Assembly: GCA_963813075.1 (NCBI GenBank) | Contig: CAWEXU010000012.1 | Span: forward strand, 1 to 41,356 | Reading direction: 5' to 3' | Origin: Methanotrichaceae archaeon | GTDB lineage: Archaea > Halobacteriota > Methanosarcinia > Methanotrichales > Methanotrichaceae | DNA: 41,356 nt | Program-made: the position numbers and the translations under genes | The notes under the pieces: model-generated | Seen by the model: the letters and a program-made list of their open reading frames with translations, nothing else | Databases searched by the model: none | Told to the model about the DNA's origin: nothing | In this document: in pieces, positions 30,206 through 38,386 of the stretch | How the letters are laid out: each line of letters opens with the position of its first letter | Numbering within the stretch: position 1 is the stretch's first letter

Positions 30206-31334
30206 CCTCAAACTCGCTCCTCTCAAGATGACGCGGCTCGTATTCTATTCCCTGATCCCGAAGGTCGGAAACATAAGAACGAAGGTGCTTTCTGGAGCCT
30301 GCCAGCAGTCCCTGATACATAGTCCTGACGTCCTCTTTTTCCGCCACCGCCAGCTCAGCCTCCAGGTCCATGATGCTTATCTCCTCGAATTCAGCCGCTA
30401 CCATCAGGGCATTCTCATCCGACTCTAATCCCTCTTCCAGGAGGCGGTCGTGGATCTCCTGCAATGTCTGATTTTGGAACACTCCCGGCACATCCTCGGG
30501 GAGGGAAAGGTTGTACTTATCGATGACCGCCCTCGCCTGGTCCATGTGGCTGATCTCCGATCTGGTCAGATCCAGGAAGATTGTGAGATTATTCATCTCA
30601 TATAGCGATGTGTAGATGTCTCTTGCTGCTTTTTCCTCCTCCCAGATGAAGACGAGACCATCTTCCTCTCCTGGGGTCAGCGCTCCCAGGACGGAAGCAG
30701 ACGCCTCCCCACCCGCGCGGGTCAGGGAGAGGATGCCCTCGCCGTAGGCCACATCGTGCTTCTGGCTGATGTCGGGGTTGTCGGATAGCGCCCAGATGAT
30801 GGAGACCGCCTGTCCAGGGGAGAAGGACTTGTCGAACCGGTCAGAGGACTGGAGCGACCTCTTCAGCTCAATAGTGGTCCAGCCAGCTGATTCGCTTCCC
30901 GCAAATTCCTTGATATCGGATGTACCACCCAACATGGTATCCTCGATATGCGGGCCGTAGTTGCCTGTGCAGTACTCGTCCAATACTATAGCCTTGCCCG
31001 TGTCCACCGAGGCCAGGATAATATCGGATTCTTTCATCCACTCCAGGGGCTCAAAGCCCAGGGCTAGCCAGCCGAGAGTGCTGCCGTTCAGGGCGAGGTA
31101 GAGATCCTCTTCGTCATTTCTCCAGGAGATCTCTATGTCCCCGCCGCTATAGCCCTGCCTGTTCGGGGCCTGGAGGAGCATGCTGCGAGTATATTCGCCT
31201 TCACTGACTATCCCATCGGCCTTCCATTCCTCTGTGGCCTCCTGCTCTGAGACCGCCGGGGCCTCTGGCCGCTCAACGCAGCCCGAAAAGACAAGCAGCA
31301 GAGCCAGGAGCAAAAAAGCAATGATCGCTCTCAT
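30189..31334 (-). CDS. Lipoprotein with a DOMON domain fused to a DUF2202 ferritin-like domain
   Basis: FSGC lipobox; DOMON (GWLALGFEP..WMKESDII, IIWA..QKHD); ferritin-like (EEEKAARDIY, SEISHM, EEISIMDL, GSRKHLRSY). Confidence 0.8.
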   Translation of the reverse strand: MRAIIAFLLLALLLVFSGCVERPEAPAVSEQEATEEWKADGIVSEGEYTRSMLLQAPNRQGYSGGDIEISWRNDEEDLYLALNGSTLGWLALGFEPLEWMKESDIILASVDTGKAIVLDEYCTGNYGPHIEDTMLGGTSDIKEFAGSESAGWTTIELKRSLQSSDRFDKSFSPGQAVSIIWALSDNPDISQKHDVAYGEGILSLTRAGGEASASVLGALTPGEEDGLVFIWEEEKAARDIYTSLYEMNNLTIFLDLTRSEISHMDQARAVIDKYNLSLPEDVPGVFQNQTLQEIHDRLLEEGLESDENALMVAAEFEEISIMDLEAELAVAEKEDVRTMYQGLLAGSRKHLRSYVSDLRDQGIEYEPRHLERSEFEETVRL

Positions 31335-31479
31335 ATCCAAACACCATTTCAATACACCTGGACTGCAAGCTATATCAGGCTATTCCATCCGCAGCTTATT
31401 GTTTCCAATTCCTACCGAGCTATTATGAGAGGAAAACATAGATATATCAAAACATCACTATTAATTATTGTGATTGATC

Positions 31480-31566
31480 ATGATAAGGCTCGTCATTGCA
31501 TTCCTGCTATTGTGGCTGCTGGCGGCCTGGATTCTTGCCTGGCCAAGAAAAGCAACCAGAGCATAA
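31480..31566 (+). CDS. Candidate 28-aa single-pass membrane microprotein; not in the ORF track
   Basis: MIRLVIAFLLLWLLAAWILAWPRKATRA*: a ~19-residue hydrophobic run and a basic tail, with GTGA 5' of the ATG and an AT-rich promoter-like region upstream. Confidence 0.45.
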   Translation: MIRLVIAFLLLWLLAAWILAWPRKATRA

Positions 31567-31653
31567 ATCTCCCTGTAGCCTAGCTATTGTGGTGAGTTTA
31601 ATGTCAATGATAGCCGGCCAGCCATTGGAGGCAGAGTGATATTTTCATCTTTT

Positions 31654-32244
31654 CTATCTCTCATGGCTTTCCAGGATCTCTATCAGCTCCTTTGAGGTGA
31701 ACCGGCTTATCAGATCCAGCGTCTTTTTCATCTCCCCATAAAACTGCAATGATTCCGCCAAACGAGCCTTTAGCTTCTCCTCTGTCCTGTCCCTCTCATC
31801 ATCTTCTCTCTTGATCCCAGCATCCCTCGCACCCCTCTTCTCTTCATTCTCTTCATTCTCTTTTCTATCCAGGTTATCTCTCACCTGAATGAGGGCTTGC
31901 AGGATCAGATCGACCTCCTCTTTGGCTGCAGAGAGGATGACCTGCCTTTTGGCTTCGGCATCGTTCACCAATGCATATCGATGCTGCTTGATGCTATGAT
32001 GCATATCCTGGGGGCTGACCACCCTACGAGCTATCCCCAGGTTCTCCAGCAGGTTCATGCTGGATCGGACGGTGGTTTTGCTGTAGCCGGTGCTCTCTGC
32101 CAGCATATCCAGGGACATGGGTTCGCTCTCCAGGAAGAGGGTGCCTCGAAGAAGTCCAATGGCATCACTCTTTCCATATTTCCGGGCTGATTTGATGCAT
32201 GCCTCTATAATTGGCTTTTTCAGCTTCGGAGATTCCCTATCCAT
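31654..32244 (-). CDS. GbsR/MarR-family transcriptional regulator
   Basis: YGKSDAIGLLRGTLFLESEPMSLDMLAESTGYSKTTVRSSMNLLENLG winged HTH followed by a coiled coil. Confidence 0.82.
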   Translation of the reverse strand: MDRESPKLKKPIIEACIKSARKYGKSDAIGLLRGTLFLESEPMSLDMLAESTGYSKTTVRSSMNLLENLGIARRVVSPQDMHHSIKQHRYALVNDAEAKRQVILSAAKEEVDLILQALIQVRDNLDRKENEENEEKRGARDAGIKREDDERDRTEEKLKARLAESLQFYGEMKKTLDLISRFTSKELIEILESHER

Positions 32245-32338
32245 CACAGCGTTCCACTCGAAAGAGGCGTTTAAGTAATTTGCTCTCCCCGCAGCAAGGA
32301 AGCAAAGGGTTTTATGATACAAAGACCCATTTTTGCAT

Positions 32339-32789
32339 ATGAAATCAAGTCCATCTGGAAGCAGCGATCTGGAGCAGATGATAGGCAGTGCAGCGGTTGA
32401 GGTTGCTCGCATATCAATCCAGGCGGCAAAGAAGATCCTGGGTGAACTGCCAGGCGATATCGCTATGGAAAAGAGCCAGGATCACCCTCCCATAGATCTC
32501 ATGGACATGGAAGGATGAGCTGGTCGCTCTTGTATCCCTGCCGGGGATGAGCAAGGATATGATCGACTTGCGGGTGACGGAGGACACCCTCACCATCAGC
32601 GCCAAAGCAGCGGTCAGGGAGGGAAAATACCTGCGCCATGAGATAGAGAACCGAAATTTAGAGCGTGAGATCAAGCTGCCTGTTGAGGTCAAGCCGGAGC
32701 AGGTTAAAGCGAGCTTCAATGAGGGAATCCTGGAGGTCCATCTTCCCAAGCTGGTGGTGGTAGACTCTCAGAGGATTCCGGTGGAGTGA
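32339..32789 (+). CDS. Hsp20/alpha-crystallin small heat-shock protein, frameshifted near 32513
   Basis: PPIDLMD (first frame) joins DELVALVSLPGMSKDMIDL...EREIKLP..VKASFNEGILEVHLPK. Confidence 0.85.
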
Positions 32790-32848
32790 TCTCGAAAAAT
32801 TATTTTTTCTCTGTAATGTAATTATCCGGCTCCGATTTTAATAAACTG

Positions 32849-34096
32849 ATGACAACCCCTACCAAAGGCCCAAAGCCCGATCCCCGGACGGATGCAAAGA
32901 CGAAAAAGAACGTCCTCTTATTGGGCTTTGTCAGCTTTCTCAACGACATCAGCAGCGAGATCATCCAGCCCATTCTGCCCCTTTTCATCGCTCAACTGGG
33001 TGGGGGGAGCATGGCGGTGGGCCTCATCGGCGGGGTGAGCGACGGCCTGCCCAGCATTCTCAAGGTCTTCTCAGGATGCTGGTCCGATCGTCTGGGCAAG
33101 AGAAAGCCGCTGGTGGTGGCTGGTTATGCCCTCTCGGCAGCCGGAAAGCTCTTCTTGCCTTTTGCCTCCGCCTGGCAGCAGGTCTTTTTCCTCAAGACCC
33201 TGGAGAGGAGCGGCAAAGGAGTGAGGTCCGCTCCCAGGGACGCCATGATATCCGAGTCCACAGATGAGAGCTGCAGAGGAAGGGGTTTTGGCCTGCACCG
33301 ATCCATGGACTCAGCGGGTGCGGTCATCGGCTCGTTGCTGGCTTATCTACTCTGGCAGGGCGGCTACAGCTATACCTTTATCCTGGCGGTAGCGGGAGTT
33401 CTTTCCATTGTGGCTCTCATTCCCTTCTACCGGGTAAAAGAAAGCTTTCGCGCTCCTGATTGCAGCACCAGAAGTGCTAGCAGCACAAGCAGCGCCAGCA
33501 GCCCAAGCAGCAACAGAATGAATCTATCCTCTCTATCGCCTGAATACAAGCGCTTTCTATTCATAGCCTGCCTCTTCGCCCTGGGCAACTTCAGCTATAT
33601 GTTCTTCATCCTCCGCGCCCAGGAGCATTTCTCCGGGTCAATGGCCGTGGCAGCGCCTCTTCTTCTCTATCTGCTATTCAATCTGGTCTATGCCCTCCTG
33701 GCCCTGCCGGTGGGCATATGGTCGGACCGGGTGGGAAGAAGGAGGATTCTGGTCCTGGGATACTCCCTTTTTGCCCTGACAGCAGTTGGATTTGCCGTCG
33801 TCTCCAGCCTCTGGGGACTGATCGCCCTTTTTGCCATGTACGGCCTGGTCTATGCCCTGGTGGACGGCTCGGAGAGGGCTTATGTCTCTGACCTGTGCCC
33901 GGCCGGGCTTCGGGGCAGCTCTCTGGGCATATATTACGGGGCAGTGGGGGTGGCCTCCATCATCTCCAGCCTGGTTGCCGGAGCCCTCGGGTCCCGGTGG
34001 GGCGCTGAGGCTTCGTTTCTATATGGAGCATCTGCTGCGGCTTTAGCGGCAGTGGGGCTATTGGCGATGATAAAGAGTGGTGATGAATCACTATAA
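32849..34096 (+). CDS. MFS transporter
   Basis: SDRLGKRK and SDRVGRRR motif A, GKGVRSAPRDA, about 12 TM segments. Confidence 0.93.
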   Translation: MTTPTKGPKPDPRTDAKTKKNVLLLGFVSFLNDISSEIIQPILPLFIAQLGGGSMAVGLIGGVSDGLPSILKVFSGCWSDRLGKRKPLVVAGYALSAAGKLFLPFASAWQQVFFLKTLERSGKGVRSAPRDAMISESTDESCRGRGFGLHRSMDSAGAVIGSLLAYLLWQGGYSYTFILAVAGVLSIVALIPFYRVKESFRAPDCSTRSASSTSSASSPSSNRMNLSSLSPEYKRFLFIACLFALGNFSYMFFILRAQEHFSGSMAVAAPLLLYLLFNLVYALLALPVGIWSDRVGRRRILVLGYSLFALTAVGFAVVSSLWGLIALFAMYGLVYALVDGSERAYVSDLCPAGLRGSSLGIYYGAVGVASIISSLVAGALGSRWGAEASFLYGASAAALAAVGLLAMIKSGDESL

Positions 34097-34275
34097 GTTA
34101 AATTGTGTCTACTCCTGCAACTTTGAGCGGATGCATGCCGGCGTTCTGCATCTGAGAGAGCATTGCCTGGTCGACATTGAACACCTTCCTTGAATCAATC
34201 TTATATATGGCGAAAAAAAAAGGGATAACTTGCGCGATTCCATGCGAATGGCCAAACAGATGAGAGATCATAGGG

Positions 34276-35149
34276 ATGTATTCAATCGAGACACGGGATT
34301 TAACCAAGAGGTTTGTGCTGTATAGAGGATTCCTGGATGCATTTAAAAAGTCCGGAAATAGAGATATTTTGACCACACTGGATAAAGTTAACATCAAAGT
34401 TCGAGAGGGGGAGGTCTTCGGCCTTCTCGGTCCCAACGGAGCTGGCAAGTCCACTCTGATCAAGATACTGTGCACCCTGATTCTCCCCTCGGAGGGAGAG
34501 GCATACATCAATGGCTATGATGTGGTGCGGGAAGGGCAGAGGGCCAGAGAGTCCCTGGGCTTTGTGACCACCGATGAGAGGAGCTTCTACTGGAGGCTCT
34601 CAGGCAGAGAGAACCTGCAGTTCTTTGCCACCCTCTACAATCTGCCTCAGAATGTCGTCAGGTCAAGGACAGAGGAGCTATTGGATGTGGTCCGGCTCAA
34701 ACACCGGGCGGATGAGCCCTTCTATAGCTACTCTGCAGGTATGAAGCAGCAGATGGCCATCGCCCGCGGGCTTTTAAACGATCCTGCGGTCCTCTTCATG
34801 GACGAGCCGACCAGAAGCCTGGACCCGGGAGCGGCAAGGAATCTGCGCAATTTCATCAAGGAGAAGATCGTGGGAGAGAAGGGAAAGACCATCTTCATCT
34901 CCACCCATCAGCTGGATGAGGCGGAGGAGCTCTGCGATAGGGTGGCCATACTGGATGAGGGGAAGATCAAGGCCAACGGGAGCCCAGCGGATCTGAAGGC
35001 TGGCCTATTCCGAGGGCAGCACTCTGGGCGATGTCTTCAGCCATTATACCGGCAAGGCATCTCTTGAGGAGCATTCGACCTCATTTCCGGTAAGCGTCCC
35101 CAGGCAGAGGAGCAGAGGGCGGGGCATGAGCAGGAGGAGAGGAATATGA
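34276..35149 (+). CDS. ABC-2 type exporter ATP-binding protein; C-terminus frameshifted near 35010
   Basis: GPNGAGKST, YSAGMKQ, MDEPT, STH. Another frame continues STLGDVFSHYTG... to a TGA overlapping the permease ATG. Confidence 0.9.
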
Positions 35150-35952
35150 TCTTCGAGAAGGCATTCTGGTTCATCAAGAAAGGCTATATGCTGCAGATGA
35201 GCTACAAGTTCGACTTCTTCTTAAGGCTATTTTTCATGCTCTTCAACATACTGACCTACTACTTCATCGCTAAATTGATCGGGGAGGGGGCAGCCAGGTA
35301 CCTGGAGCCCTATGGCGGGGATTACTTCTCATTCGTTCTCATAGGCATGGCCTTCTCCGGTTATCTGATGATCTCACTCCGGAGCTTTTCCGAGAGCGTG
35401 CGAGACGAGCAGATGATGGGGACCCTGGAGGCCATGCTGGTGACTCCTACCAGCACATCGAGCATCATCGCCCTGTCATCTCTCTGGAACTTCATCTTCG
35501 CCTCCTTCCGGGTGCTGATGTATCTGATCATAGGCATCTTCCTGGGAGTGGATATGACCCGAGCCAATGTTGGCGGGGCGATATTGATCCTGATCCTCAC
35601 CATAATATGTTTCAGCAGCATAGGAATATTATCGGCCAGCTTCATCATGGTCTTCAAGAGAGGGGACCCGATCAACATGCTCCTGATGGGCACCTCTGAG
35701 CTCTTCGGCGGGGTCCTCTTTCCCATCGAGGTCTTCCCGTCCTGGATGCAGAGCATCTCGCACATCCTGCCCATCACCTATTCGGTCAATGGCATGAGGC
35801 ATGCCCTCCTGCAGGGGTACACTCTGGGCGAGCTGGCTCCGGAATTGCTTACCCTGCTACTGTTCTCGATTGTGCTGCTCCCACTGAGCCTGTTTGTGTT
35901 CGAGAGGGCGGTTCTGAAGGTCAAGGCGGAAGGGGGATTGGTGCAGTACTGA
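35146..35952 (+). CDS. ABC-2 type transporter permease
   Basis: EQMMGTLEAMLVTP, GGVLFPIEVFPSW, LPITYSVNGMRHAL; six TM segments. Confidence 0.92.
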   Translation: MIFEKAFWFIKKGYMLQMSYKFDFFLRLFFMLFNILTYYFIAKLIGEGAARYLEPYGGDYFSFVLIGMAFSGYLMISLRSFSESVRDEQMMGTLEAMLVTPTSTSSIIALSSLWNFIFASFRVLMYLIIGIFLGVDMTRANVGGAILILILTIICFSSIGILSASFIMVFKRGDPINMLLMGTSELFGGVLFPIEVFPSWMQSISHILPITYSVNGMRHALLQGYTLGELAPELLTLLLFSIVLLPLSLFVFERAVLKVKAEGGLVQY

Positions 35953-36108
35953 AGAGGTAGGGTCTCGATGCCTGCGGCTGATGGATGTCGTGCGATGGAG
36001 CTGAAACCACATCAAAGCCTGTTGGGGGGCACGCAAGGTTATTTGCGGGCGGTTGCCTCCCCCTTCAGGCTACCGAATCTGGATGCCAGTATTCGGAGGG
36101 ATGGACGG

Positions 36109-36224
36109 GATTGCATTATGGTTAAGACTGATCTAGACAGGGTGTCTTTTTTAGTGGGCGCCGCGAGTCGGCCTGTCGGGCCGCGGCCAACGAGGTCCCC
36201 TCAACGCCGGGGTGGCTTGGATAC
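36109..36224 (+). repeat. Copy 1 of a duplicated ~115-bp non-coding element (candidate promoter plus structured sRNA)
   Basis: The first 27 nt are identical to 37190-37216; core 36161-36224 is 61/64 identical to 37241-37304. Confidence 0.9.
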
Positions 36225-36633
36225 AATTGGATGCAAGCCGTTGAAGGGTTGGGATGCATCGATAAGGATGTTCTCCAGATGCAGAACGAAAAGGCTATGG
36301 AATTCACGAATAAGGAACGCAGTGGTAGCTAGAAAATTTTATAATTAAAAGAGTATTCGCCAGGCGGGCACAAAGCAATTTGCCTTTATTCTCGAATGAA
36401 TCCATAAGTATGGATCTGTCCCTGAGGATCATATGCCTGATAGCTATCGATTAGGAGCAAGATATAATCCTGATAGCTTTTTCGAGAGGCCAATTGAAGG
36501 GCTATTCTGAGGAAAAAGGAATCCAAATAGAATTAACTAATAGATATTTTATGAAGTGTTCTGGGAGGTGATACTGATTATTGGACAAAAAAAGATTTAA
36601 ATGATGGATACTCGCCTTACAGTCGCTCAGGGA

Positions 36634-36997
36634 TTAATACGGATTGCATGGATAGATTGTGAAAGTGGCTACATGCCCTTCGGGATTGCCATCGGTTTTC
36701 ATCAGCTGGTAGTATAGATTAGTGCGCTTTACCCCTCCGCTGGCGGGAGGAATAACCAGGAATGAACCATCTTGGTTTACAATAGATATCACCAGCAGCA
36801 GGATTGGTGAACTCAAGATACCATGGATTGATGACTCCAAGATAGTTGCTATGAGCTCCAATCAGCCCATGGGCAGCGTCGCGTTCATTGTTACAGTTAT
36901 TGATTATATACCCGCTCGGATTCCATGCCAGTGCGGATGGCATGGCCAGGACCATCACCAGAAAGATGACGGCCAGAACTGATCTCGTCATACTCAC
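36634..36997 (-). CDS. Small secreted protein with a single Ig-like (Big_9/cadherin-like) domain, frameshifted near 36785
   Basis: Signal peptide (SVLAVIFLVMVLAMPSALA), DAAHGLIG, then PAAGDI joined to VNQDGSFLVIP...LYYQL...VATFTI. This resembles the G.l.vn.DGSF.Y.P pattern of Big_9-like repeats. Confidence 0.55.
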
Positions 36998-37189
36998 GCA
37001 ATTAGTTTTTCATGTCTTAAATAGTTTTTGATAAATAATTTTTTGTACTAATTTAATTATTTATTATTGCATAAAAAGTTTCCAGACCGGACCTTTTGTA
37101 GTGGGCTTGTTAGTGCTCATTTATCCCTGCTCAGATCGGGGTGTTTTAAGGTTTACCGGCCATACTTGAATCTTGATTGCATTATTCTT

Positions 37190-37304
37190 GATTGCATTAT
37201 GGTTAAGACTGATCTATACAGGCTCTTTTTTCAGTGGACACCGCGAGTCGGCCCTGCGGGCCGCGGCCAACGAGGTCCCCTCAACGCCGGGGTGGCTTGG
37301 ATAC
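37190..37304 (+). repeat. Copy 2 of the duplicated non-coding element
   Basis: Matches copy 1 as described; preceded by an exact 15-bp tandem duplication TCTTGATTGCATTAT x2 (37171-37200). Confidence 0.9.
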
Positions 37305-37622
37305 CATATTCGGATGGATAGACGGGGTTGGTTTGATTTGCTTTTCCGGATGTTCAGGATATGGGTTGCTTCGGCCAGCGGCATTTTTACCGGAAGCGCT
37401 GGGTTTGAGGGTTCGCTGAATGGTGATATGGAGTCTGGAGTCTCACAATTATAGGAGGAGACAGATGGGGATTGTCCGTGGATTTTTATAAATTACTTGA
37501 TATTCTCCGGGCGGGCCAGGGTCTTAGCTACCCCAACTGCTGATTGAAGGATCGGTTTGGATTTCGTCAGTCGATCTGGAATTGGCTGCGGGCATTCGAA
37601 GCTTACCGTTTATTTTGCAGTA

Positions 37623-38252
37623 TCAGAGGAGCAATTTGCCGGTGAGGGTAATTCGAAGCTCCTTTGTCTTGCCCTTCGGCAGTACCTCCAGGGCCTGGAT
37701 ATCAGCCAGCCGGGCAACCTGTCTGGAGATGGTGCTCTCAGAAAGGGATAGCCGCTGTGCGATATCTGTGATGCTCGTGGGCGAGAACTCAGATACATCC
37801 TTTAAGATCCTTATCTGCTTCTCATCAAGCGCTGAGACTATATTGGGCAAGCGGATTTCATTGAGGCTTCTGTCGATATCGCTGAAGTTGGTAGTCTTGT
37901 GGATCTTCTCTGGCTTGGAGATGCAGGCTATGGTGAATGCGAGGAATATCTCCCGCGGCCCTCCGGAGAGATTCGCGATGACCTCACCCTCCGCTTTTTC
38001 CAGGAGGTCTTTTAGAGAAAGTACCATCCCCTCGAAATCCTGATGGTTGACCCGGTAAATCTCTAGATTTATGGAGCTGTCGATCTGGCGGGAGAGATCT
38101 CGAATGGCCTGAGTGGTCAATTCTCCGCGCGTGTCCGGCTCTACTTCAGGACGGATAAGGACTATTCTATCCCCGCCTTCAATACCATACTTCACTATCA
38201 GGGATACTATCTGGGAGGAATCGAAGCCTGAGAGAGATAGGTAGGTTTTCAT
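37623..38252 (-). CDS. csa3: CRISPR-associated CARF-wHTH transcriptional regulator Csa3
   Basis: TYLSLSGFD, ANLSGGPR (CARF motif), C-terminal HTH SITDIAQRLSLSESTISRQVARL...ITLTGK; divergent from cas6. Confidence 0.9.
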   Translation of the reverse strand: MKTYLSLSGFDSSQIVSLIVKYGIEGGDRIVLIRPEVEPDTRGELTTQAIRDLSRQIDSSINLEIYRVNHQDFEGMVLSLKDLLEKAEGEVIANLSGGPREIFLAFTIACISKPEKIHKTTNFSDIDRSLNEIRLPNIVSALDEKQIRILKDVSEFSPTSITDIAQRLSLSESTISRQVARLADIQALEVLPKGKTKELRITLTGKLLL

Positions 38253-38375
38253 TGCTTAATATTGCAATTCCTAGCTTAAATTCTTTCCGTTGCATTCTTC
38301 TGAATTTATAGACTTATTATTGCAGAAATATGAAATTATTGCAATAATCGACAGATTTAAATGCAAGGGAATGTA
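38251..38375. promoter_or_regulatory. Divergent csa3/cas6 promoter with repeated TGCA motifs and a perfect 14-bp palindrome
   Basis: ATTATTGCAATAAT at 38335-38348; further TGCA at ~38263, 38291, 38321 and 38362; TATA-like TTTATA and TTTAAA. Confidence 0.65.
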
Positions 38376-38386
38376 ATCTCTGATCG

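Noticed and set aside
32307..32328. Imperfect inverted repeat GGGTTTT…AAAGACCC between the GbsR-like regulator and hsp20
   Set aside because: Short and imperfect; a plausible operator but indistinguishable from chance without comparative data.
251..35777. Numerous long antisense or overlapping ORFs (e.g. 251..871, 2084..2746, 10160..10969, 22910..23377, 35361..35777)
   Set aside because: Shadow ORFs of well-supported genes in moderately GC-rich DNA, with no recognisable motifs.
36109..36224. Integron attC, Xer dif site, tRNA remnant or H/ACA guide as the identity of the duplicated unit
   Set aside because: No paired RYYYAAC/GTTRRRY ends, no left dif arm, no cloverleaf with an acceptor stem, and no K-turn or correct ACA spacing.
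36178..36260. HDV-like ribozyme reading of the duplicated core (CCC-UCAACGCC-GGG resembles P3/L3, UGGCU-UG resembles P1/P1.1)
   Set aside because: Similarity between the copies ends at GGATAC; no conserved P4, catalytic J4/2 or P2 3' strand follows in either copy.
35968..37454. ORFs 35968..36348, 36122..36307, 37067..37321, 37173..37454 and 37234..37419 across the duplicated units
   Set aside because: An indel between the copies changes the frame, the products are unlike known proteins, and the variation pattern follows RNA structure rather than codons.
35953..37622. CRISPR array or mini-array next to the cas genes
   Set aside because: No regularly spaced 30-37 bp repeats with unique spacers. 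A lone ATTGAAGG at ~37543 is not part of a recognisable repeat, and I found no matching target in the cas promoter.
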